Origin: Blastocatellia bacterium | Lineage (GTDB): Bacteria; Acidobacteriota; Blastocatellia; UBA7656 | Assembly: GCA_035293105.1 (NCBI GenBank) | Contig: DATDOV010000007.1 | Span: 5,121-69,120 of the forward strand | Reading direction: 5' to 3' | DNA length: 64,000 nucleotides | Shown here: positions 57,281 to 64,000 of the stretch, piece after piece | Position numbering within the stretch: position 1 is the stretch's first letter | Layout: every line of letters starts with the position of its first letter | Notes under the pieces: generated by a model | What the model saw: only the letters and a program-made list of their open reading frames with translations | What the model was told of the DNA's origin: nothing | Database searches by the model: none | Translations under genes and position numbers: made by a program

Positions 57281-59020
57281 TCAGTCTAGCTCAAACTCGC
57301 TGCGCCAATCAACATCCGCGGCAAGCGGTTTCATATCCCGCTTGTCCAGCAGAAAGTGGTCCATCACCAGATAGTCCATGTCAGTTCGCATGAAACACGT
57401 GAACGCGTCGCGCGGGCTGCACACGATCGGTTCGCCTCGCACGTTGAACGACGTGTTGATCAGAACGGGCACTCCAGTCTGTTTGAAGAACTCGGCAATG
57501 AGGTCGTAGAAAAGTGGATTGGTCTGGCGAGACACCGTTTGGATTCGCGCTGACCCGTCGACGTGGGTCACCGAAGGTATGACTCGCTTGTCGGGCCTGA
57601 CCTCCGCCACGAGCAGCATGTATGGGCTTGGGCGGTCGAGGTCGAAATACTCGCCGCAGCGGTCTTCGAGGACTGACGGCGCGAAGGGTCGGAAGCTCTC
57701 GCGAAACTTGATCTTCAGATTCACGCGGTCTTTGTTTTCGGCGCGCCTTGCGTCTGCGAGTATGCTTCGATTGCCGAGCGCCCGGGGGCCGAACTCCATG
57801 CGACCCTGAAACCACCCCACGACGTTTTGATCCGCGATGAGCCGGGCGGTGATTCGGAGCAAGTCGTCACGTTCGATCCTTCTGTAGCTGACGCCGACCT
57901 CATTTAGAAATGCGGCGATCTCTTCGGGCGAATAAGCAGGCCCCAGGAAAGCGTGCTCCAGAGCCGCGCCTCGAGGGTTATCGAGCAGCGTGTGATAGAT
58001 GTACTTCGCGACTCCGATGGCGCCTCCGGCGTCTCCCGCCGCCGGCTGGATGAAAACATCCTTGAATGGACCTTCTCGCAGAATCCGCCCATTCGCCACG
58101 CAGTTCAGCGCGACGCCGCCGGCCATGCACAAGTTGTCGAGCCGTGTCTGATCGTGGAGCGAGAACGCCAGCCTCAGCATCACTTCCTCGGTGACCGTCT
58201 GAATGCTCGCCGCGATGTCTTTATGGCGTTGGTCCAGCGGCGATTCGATCTCACGCGGCGGCCCCTCGAAGAGGTCCTCGAAGCGCCCGTTGGTCATCCG
58301 CAGCCCATAGTCATACGCGAAATAGTCCATATTGAGCCGAAAGCCGCCGTCCGCGCGGACATCCAACAGTTCGCTCATGATCCGGTCGTAATAGCGCGGC
58401 TTGCCATAGGGCGCAAGTCCCATGACCTTGTACTCGGCGCTGTTGACCTTGAATCCCAGGTAGTAGGTGAAGGCGCTGTACAGCAGGCCGAGCGAGTGCG
58501 GATAGTCGATCTGACGCAGCATGCGAATCTCGTTGCCGGAGCCGGCGGCGAGGCTTGCTGTGGCCCATTCGCCCACGCCGTCCACCGTGAGGATCGCGGC
58601 TTCTTCGAAGGGCGAAACCAGAAACGCACTCGCCGCGTGAGACTGATGATGCTCGGCGAACAGAATCTCTCCCTTGTAGTCCAGCTCGCGGGCGATCAGG
58701 TCTTTGGTCCAGAGCTTTTCCCGGAGCCAGAGGGGTACGGCCTTCATGAAGGCGCGATAAGAGCGGGGGAAATTCGCGATGTATGACGCAATAATGCGTT
58801 CGAACTTGAGTATGGGCTTGTCATAGAATCCGACGTGATCGAGGTCGCTCGCCGTTATGCCCCCTTCGCCGAGACAGTAGCGTATGGCGTTTGATGGAAA
58901 CCCTGGATCGTGTTTCTTGCGGGTGAACCGCTCTTCGGATGCGGCGGCGATGATTTGCCCGTCCCGCACAAGGCAGGCTGCGGCGTCGTGATAAAAACAT
59001 GATATTCCGAGTATGTTCAT
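57281..59020 (-). CDS. O-carbamoyltransferase (CmcH/NodU family)
   Basis: 'ILGISCFYHDAAA', 'EERFTRKKHD', 'EHHQSHAASAF', 'EFGPRALGNRSIL', 'FRPFAPS', 'LINTSFNVRGEPIV'. Confidence 0.95.
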   Translation of the reverse strand: MNILGISCFYHDAAACLVRDGQIIAAASEERFTRKKHDPGFPSNAIRYCLGEGGITASDLDHVGFYDKPILKFERIIASYIANFPRSYRAFMKAVPLWLREKLWTKDLIARELDYKGEILFAEHHQSHAASAFLVSPFEEAAILTVDGVGEWATASLAAGSGNEIRMLRQIDYPHSLGLLYSAFTYYLGFKVNSAEYKVMGLAPYGKPRYYDRIMSELLDVRADGGFRLNMDYFAYDYGLRMTNGRFEDLFEGPPREIESPLDQRHKDIAASIQTVTEEVMLRLAFSLHDQTRLDNLCMAGGVALNCVANGRILREGPFKDVFIQPAAGDAGGAIGVAKYIYHTLLDNPRGAALEHAFLGPAYSPEEIAAFLNEVGVSYRRIERDDLLRITARLIADQNVVGWFQGRMEFGPRALGNRSILADARRAENKDRVNLKIKFRESFRPFAPSVLEDRCGEYFDLDRPSPYMLLVAEVRPDKRVIPSVTHVDGSARIQTVSRQTNPLFYDLIAEFFKQTGVPVLINTSFNVRGEPIVCSPRDAFTCFMRTDMDYLVMDHFLLDKRDMKPLAADVDWRSEFELD

Positions 59021-59032
59021 TGCTGGATAAGC

Positions 59033-59272
59033 CTAGAACTGCCGCCGTGCCCGCTCCATCTCATCGCCCGATGACCGGTAATCGGTCCAGTAATCGGAGC
59101 GTGGCCGCGCGCGCCGGTTGAGTGGGTCTTTGCCGACCAGTTTCATGGAGACCCAGGCCGGCCCCGCCACGAAAAAGTAGAAGATGGTCAGCAGGATGCG
59201 AGTCTGGATGCGGCCTATGAAGGCCGCGATTCTCTTCCACCTCGCCCAAACAAGCCTGAGTAATCTCTTCAC
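59033..59272 (-). CDS. SxtJ-like small membrane protein
   Basis: GTG start. 'WKRIAAFIGRIQTRILLTIFYFFV...GKDPL...YW...RQF' matches the SxtJ C-terminal pattern. Confidence 0.75.
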   Translation of the reverse strand: MKRLLRLVWARWKRIAAFIGRIQTRILLTIFYFFVAGPAWVSMKLVGKDPLNRRARPRSDYWTDYRSSGDEMERARRQF

Positions 59273-59424
59273 GATGAGAAGTTCCTTCTGCGGTCGGGAA
59301 TTCTGAATGTATGGAAGGCACTTCCCGGAGTCAAGCACACGCGGCGCCTACTTGCGGAAATTGACATCGAACGATGGTTCAGCCAGAATCAGCCTTCTTT
59401 GAGTACCGCCACTGGGAGGACAGT

Positions 59425-60552
59425 ATGACCGAAGATGTTGAGTCAGCCGGGCCCGCGCGACCCGATCTCCGCATCAAGCTCTCGAAGAAGAAACAGGCGC
59501 TGTTTTTGAGCGTGATCTTCGTGGTCTTCCTGTTGGCGCTGGAAGGAGCGCTGAGGTTGTTTGGTATCCCCGCCGATTCTCCCCGCCTCAGGAACGATGG
59601 CGGATTAGTGCGAGCTTCGAAAGGCGTTCTTAGTCGCGAGTACACCCCCGGCTGGAGCGGGTGGCACGCCGGGGCGATGGTGCACATAAACTCTGTTGGG
59701 TGGCGCGGCGAGGACTTTTCGGAACAAAAATCGAAAGGGACTTTCCGGATCCTGGGCGTTGGAGACTCCTTCACGTTTGGGCGGGCGGTCAACGACGAGG
59801 ACGTTTGGCTCGAACGATTGGAACAGATGATCAACAACGAGGACGGCCCTCGTTGTGAAGCCATCAATTCGGCCCACGAAGGGGTCAACACCTCGAGGGA
59901 GCTAAAATACTTCAAAGCCCGCGAGATGTTAAAGCTTTCGCCCGATGTAGTGGTGCTCGGGTTCACCGTTCACAACGACGCGCAGCGCGAAGGAAGCCAC
60001 CGAAAAAACAAGGCTCTCTATCGCGCCTTTAGGCGTCGAGCCAGCTTGCCGATCAGAATCTCCGACAGTAACTGGTTCAAGGGCATGGCCGATCAGTATC
60101 GCATTGCGAGGCTACTCAGTCTCGGCACCGAGTGGGCATACCGCGATGAACTGACTGATATGTACGCCAACATCATAGTGGCCAATTATGCTGATGAGTC
60201 AGAATCCTGGATCAGGTGCCGCGCGGCGCTGGAGGGGTTCTACGAACTGTGCCGCCAATCCAACACACCGCTTGTCGTCGTCTTGTTCCCGGTCTACACG
60301 AAGGATCTCGACCAGACATACAGAGAATACCCGGAAGAGTTCAAAAGGATTCACGACAAGTTGAAGTCGGTCTTCGCGGGCAAGGCGGGCGTCACCGTTG
60401 TGGATATGCTTGGCGACTTGGCCGATAGCGGCGTAACCGCCCGCGAAGTAAGGGTTCCAGTTGACGGACATCCGAACCGGATCTGGCACGAGATGGTCGG
60501 GCGCAGGCTGCACCAAACGATCAAGGACCTTGATCTGCTCGTTAGCGAATAG
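59425..60552 (+). CDS. SGNH/GDSL hydrolase family membrane-anchored protein
   Basis: N-terminal TM with 'LEGALRL', 'INSVGWRG', 'GVGDSFTFG', 'DGHPN'. GGAGG RBS. Confidence 0.88.
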   Translation: MTEDVESAGPARPDLRIKLSKKKQALFLSVIFVVFLLALEGALRLFGIPADSPRLRNDGGLVRASKGVLSREYTPGWSGWHAGAMVHINSVGWRGEDFSEQKSKGTFRILGVGDSFTFGRAVNDEDVWLERLEQMINNEDGPRCEAINSAHEGVNTSRELKYFKAREMLKLSPDVVVLGFTVHNDAQREGSHRKNKALYRAFRRRASLPIRISDSNWFKGMADQYRIARLLSLGTEWAYRDELTDMYANIIVANYADESESWIRCRAALEGFYELCRQSNTPLVVVLFPVYTKDLDQTYREYPEEFKRIHDKLKSVFAGKAGVTVVDMLGDLADSGVTAREVRVPVDGHPNRIWHEMVGRRLHQTIKDLDLLVSE

Positions 60553-60609
60553 AACGCGCAATCGGGGGCGCCGAGCGCTCGCCGTGGTCCGCGTTCGCTT
60601 GACTTCCGA

Positions 60610-61926
60610 GTGAAAGCGCCGATGAGAGAGGTCCACTTCTATAACCGCGAACTGGAAACTTCAGACCGCGGCCGTCTGAGCGAGCTTACCAACGAGAAGC
60701 TCCGACGGTTGCTCGCACAGCTCTCAACTAATGAGTTTTATCAGGCGAAGTTCAAGGCCGCCGGGATTGACGCCCAAGACATACGCGGCGCCAAGGACCT
60801 GAGCCCGTTGCCTTTCACGACGAAGCGCGAACTGGCGGAAGATCAGCGGGCGCGTCCTCCGTTCGGCAGACTGCCCACTTATCCACTGCGGCGCTATCGG
60901 TATTTCCACCGAACATCGGGCACAACCGCGAGCCCGCTCAAGTGGCTCGACACCGAGGAGAGCTGGCGGTGGTGGCTTGACTGTTGGGGCTACGTGTATC
61001 GGGCGGCAGGCGTCACTGAGCACGACATTGTGTTTTGCGCCTTCTCGTTCGGCCCCTACATAAGCCACTGGGCCGGGATCGCGGGGGCATGGCATGCAGG
61101 AGCGATGTGCATCTCGGGCGGCGGGATGAACAGCGAGCAGCGCTTGCATACGATGCTCGACAACAAATGCACAGTGCTCGTGTGCACACCGACTTATGCA
61201 TTGCATCTCGCTGAAGTCGCTCGCTCTCGCGGCATCGACCTTCGTTCATCGGCGCTTCGCGTCTCGGTTCACGCGGGCGAGCCGGGAGCTAGCGTGCCCA
61301 GTGTGAAGCGGCTCATTGAAGACTCGTTCGGCACGGCTTGTTTCGATCACGCCGGGGCGACGGAAGTTGGCGCATGGGCTTTCGATTGCGGAACTCAAAC
61401 GGGTGCGATCCATCTGAACGAGCTCGAATTCATCTTCGAGGTGATCAACCGCGATACTTGTGAGCCGGCCGCCGAGGGAGAGTGTGGAGAGCTGGTGATA
61501 ACGAACCTCGGCCGCGCCGGTATGCCGGTTCTGCGCTACAGGAGCGGCGATCTTGTCGAGATGACGAGTGAGCCGTGTCCGTGTGGCAGGAAGCTCGCGC
61601 GCATACGAGGCGGTGTTCTTGGGCGCGCTGACGATATGCTGATCGTGCGCGGCGTGAATGTCTACCCGAGCACGATAGACAATCTGATTCGCAACATACC
61701 GCAGATCGTCGAATACGAAGTTGAGATCCGGCGCGTCTCGGGAATGGATGACTTGTTGATCAAGATTGAGACCGCCGACGCGCAGCCCTTTGAAAGCGTC
61801 AGGCGAATGGTCCTGGAGGCGTTTCGCGCGCAGTTGAACATCAGAGTGTCAGTCGAGCCCGCTGCTCCGGCAAGCCTCCCTCGATACGAGTTCAAGGCGC
61901 GGCGCTACAAACGAATCGCCGATTGA
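60610..61926 (+). CDS. paaK: Phenylacetate-CoA ligase-like adenylate-forming enzyme
   Basis: 'TSGTTASP', 'HAGEPG', 'AGATE', 'RYRSGD', 'GRADDMLIVRGVNVYP'. Substrate not demonstrated; ATG 60622 is an alternative start. Confidence 0.75.
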   Translation: MKAPMREVHFYNRELETSDRGRLSELTNEKLRRLLAQLSTNEFYQAKFKAAGIDAQDIRGAKDLSPLPFTTKRELAEDQRARPPFGRLPTYPLRRYRYFHRTSGTTASPLKWLDTEESWRWWLDCWGYVYRAAGVTEHDIVFCAFSFGPYISHWAGIAGAWHAGAMCISGGGMNSEQRLHTMLDNKCTVLVCTPTYALHLAEVARSRGIDLRSSALRVSVHAGEPGASVPSVKRLIEDSFGTACFDHAGATEVGAWAFDCGTQTGAIHLNELEFIFEVINRDTCEPAAEGECGELVITNLGRAGMPVLRYRSGDLVEMTSEPCPCGRKLARIRGGVLGRADDMLIVRGVNVYPSTIDNLIRNIPQIVEYEVEIRRVSGMDDLLIKIETADAQPFESVRRMVLEAFRAQLNIRVSVEPAAPASLPRYEFKARRYKRIAD

Positions 61927-61936
61927 GAACACCGTT

Positions 61937-63604
61937 ATGAGCGACACGATGATGCGTCGCACGATTATTGTTCTGCTGATCGCCTGCGTCGGGGCATCCG
62001 ACGCGCGGGGCCGACAGACTGGTCCGCAGGCGCGGTTCGCTCGCGCGAGGCAGAACGGTCGCGACTTCGACCGTGGTGCGGCGGCGATGCGAAAAGTGCT
62101 CAAGGCGTGGCTCGCCGAGGCCGACCGGGGCACTTTCTTGATTCCCGATCGATTGTCGGGAGGGCCGGGCTGGCGGCCGGGTGAGAGAATCTACACGCCG
62201 CACAATTCCGGAGCCGATCTTTATTCTTACTTGATTCTCACCGCGAGCCTCACCGACCCCGCCATCTACAATCGACGGATGATCGAGATGCTGCGCAATG
62301 AAATCCGCTACACGACAACGACCGACGCGGTCCCTGGCAGTCTGGACCTGATCACGCGTCGGCGCGGTGAGCCGCGCGTGTTCGACGCAGCCGAGTACGC
62401 CAAAGACGGGCTGGTCGCGGTTACCGAGTTGCTGGGCCGCACGCCGTGGTATTACCGCATGGTCGATATGACGGTTGACATGATGCATCGCGCACCGGTG
62501 ATTACTCGATTCGGCAACATTCCGGGCGACGATGCTGAGACCAACGGCGACGCGTTGCAAGTCCTCGTTCGGCTGGCGGGGATGACCGGCGATAAGCGTT
62601 TTCTCGAGTGGGCCGAGCGCATAGGTGACGCCTACGTGGACGAAGTGCTGCCGGGGAATAACGGACTCCCCGATCACAAATGGGATTTCGAGAAGCATAC
62701 CGGCACGGGCCGGCTGCGATTGCGGGACCACGGCAACGAGATAATAGTCGGGCTCGCGCTGCTCTTCGCCATCGAGCAGTATCACCAAACTGAGCGAGCC
62801 CGCCGCTACCGGCCCGTGCTCGCGAACATGTTCGACCGGATTCTCGAATCGGCTAACGCGGACGGAATGTTTCACAACATCATCGACACGCGGACGCTGA
62901 AGCCGCGGAGAGTGGCGCTGGTGGACAACTGGGGTTATATCTATGGCGCGGCTTACGCGTTCTATCAGAGCACCGGCGAAACGAAGTACCGTGACGCCGT
63001 CATCGGCGCGCTGAAGACCCTGCCGAAGTATCGCGACCACAATTGGCAGCGCGGGCAAGCGGACGGCCTTGCGGATTCGATCGAAAGCGCGTTTTATCTG
63101 GTCGCGCGCGAGCCGGTGCCCGAAGCGTTGGAGTGGATCGAGTCGCAGGTCCGGCGAATGACGGCGATGCAGAAGCCCTCGGGTTTCGTCGACCGGTGGT
63201 ACAACGACGGGAACTTCAATCGAACGTTGTTGCTCTACATACTCTACAAGAGTCAGGGGTGCCGGCCCGACCGCTGGGTGAAGGGCTTACGCGTCGGCGC
63301 GGTGCGGGAAGGGGACCGCTTGTATCTCAACGTCGCTGCGGTTGGGCGGGCGACTCGCTTGCGGGGGAAGATCAAGTTTGATTTCGCGCGGCACCGGCGA
63401 GTGATGGGCTTCGATAAGAACTACGTAAGGCTGAACGAATTCCCGGAGTGGTACACGGTGGATGAAAACACGCTGTACAGGGTTTCCGCCGCGTCGAAGA
63501 GATCGGAGCGAATCCTGCTGGGATCGGAGTTGATAGCGGGGATAGCGCTCAGGCCGGGTGACTGGGTGATCGAGCCTGTAGGCCGTAGCCAACTCGGTCG
63601 ATGA
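61937..63604 (+). CDS. Secreted hypothetical protein, possibly an (alpha/alpha)6-barrel glycosidase-like fold
   Basis: Signal peptide and repeated helix-hairpin-like segments rich in W/Y/D/E. The fold call is a guess. Confidence 0.6.
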   Translation: MSDTMMRRTIIVLLIACVGASDARGRQTGPQARFARARQNGRDFDRGAAAMRKVLKAWLAEADRGTFLIPDRLSGGPGWRPGERIYTPHNSGADLYSYLILTASLTDPAIYNRRMIEMLRNEIRYTTTTDAVPGSLDLITRRRGEPRVFDAAEYAKDGLVAVTELLGRTPWYYRMVDMTVDMMHRAPVITRFGNIPGDDAETNGDALQVLVRLAGMTGDKRFLEWAERIGDAYVDEVLPGNNGLPDHKWDFEKHTGTGRLRLRDHGNEIIVGLALLFAIEQYHQTERARRYRPVLANMFDRILESANADGMFHNIIDTRTLKPRRVALVDNWGYIYGAAYAFYQSTGETKYRDAVIGALKTLPKYRDHNWQRGQADGLADSIESAFYLVAREPVPEALEWIESQVRRMTAMQKPSGFVDRWYNDGNFNRTLLLYILYKSQGCRPDRWVKGLRVGAVREGDRLYLNVAAVGRATRLRGKIKFDFARHRRVMGFDKNYVRLNEFPEWYTVDENTLYRVSAASKRSERILLGSELIAGIALRPGDWVIEPVGRSQLGR

Positions 63605-63633
63605 ACAAGCCGACTCTTGAGGCTAACGCGATA

Positions 63634-63740
63634 TGGAGTGCGGCGACCTCGTGCCGCTTTGGTAGTTCCGACATTGAATTCTCCTATCGGAGGGAACGCT
63701 TTCGACTGGACTACGAAAGCGGCCAGGTCGCCGCACTCCA
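63634..63740. repeat. REP-like inverted repeat pair (same family as 3879-4000)
   Basis: TGGAGTGCGGCGACCTCGTGCCGCTTT ... AAAGCGGCCAGGTCGCCGCACTCCA. Confidence 0.75.
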
Positions 63741-63757
63741 AGGAAAGGAACGTACTA

Positions 63758-64000
63758 ATGACGCCCGAGCAGTACAAACAACATGTCCTGACGCTGCTGA
63801 GAGCCGCATTCCCCGAAAGCAGCTTCGAAGATTCGCCGGACCCATTCATCATCACGTGTGGAGACGCCCAGATCGGCCTCCAGAATCTTTACAGCGTGTA
63901 CACCGGTCAGCGGCTCGAAGCCCCGGAGCGCGACGCGCACATTCACGAGCACTTCTCGAACCTGATCGAAACTCTTCGCGAGAGGCAACACGCCGAATCG
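63758..64000 (+). CDS. Hypothetical protein, 3'-truncated by the window edge (possibly DUF1444-like)
   Basis: AAGGA RBS, ATG 63758, frame open to the window end (MTPEQYKQHVLTLLRAAFP...IGLQNLY). Confidence 0.55.
   Translation, partial: MTPEQYKQHVLTLLRAAFPESSFEDSPDPFIITCGDAQIGLQNLYSVYTGQRLEAPERDAHIHEHFSNLIETLRERQHAES

Noticed and set aside
57103-59272. Saxitoxin biosynthesis cluster
   Set aside because: Only sxtI/J/K-like genes are present, with no sxtA, sxtG or other core genes; the trio is widespread outside toxin producers.

Overview
A 64 kb window of GC-rich bacterial DNA. The gene content (ADOP-type ABC permease, ECF43-type sigma factor with Hanks kinase, wHTH-TPR regulators, many REP-like and heptamer repeats) suggests Acidobacteriota, probably Blastocatellia; this is inference. 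Two housekeeping-like flanks enclose an accessory region. The left flank (1-26.6 kb) has mltD-like, a 2-hydroxyacid dehydrogenase, dacB, a giant Ig-repeat protease, rpsA, HIT, GDPD, an SF1 helicase, an MFS transporter, rhodanese and two S9 peptidases. The right flank (49.1-64 kb) has a sigma54 two-component pair, thiolase-rhomboid-hbd, an sxtIJK-like carbamoyltransferase trio, an SGNH hydrolase and paaK-like. The accessory region (27.2-49.1 kb) is bounded and subdivided by three same-strand copies of the 3' end of the sigma54 response-regulator gene: the intact gene ends at 49128, and diverged fragments lie at 31922-32255 and 27182-27351. This is the footprint expected of two tandem insertions into a protein-coding gene, yet I see no integrase. 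Two cargo genes show the same 'intact gene plus displaced 3' fragment downstream' pattern. The region also holds an Rhs-core relic, a split ECF43/kinase pair, a MITE-like element and secreted proteins sharing a repeated module I cannot name. Separately, a clean sigma70 promoter at 5394-5422 precedes a 13-codon ORF with a 17-nt complement to the 16S rRNA 3' end. I found no rRNA, tRNA, CRISPR array or intact transposase/integrase. All family calls come from motifs recognised by eye, not from database searches.
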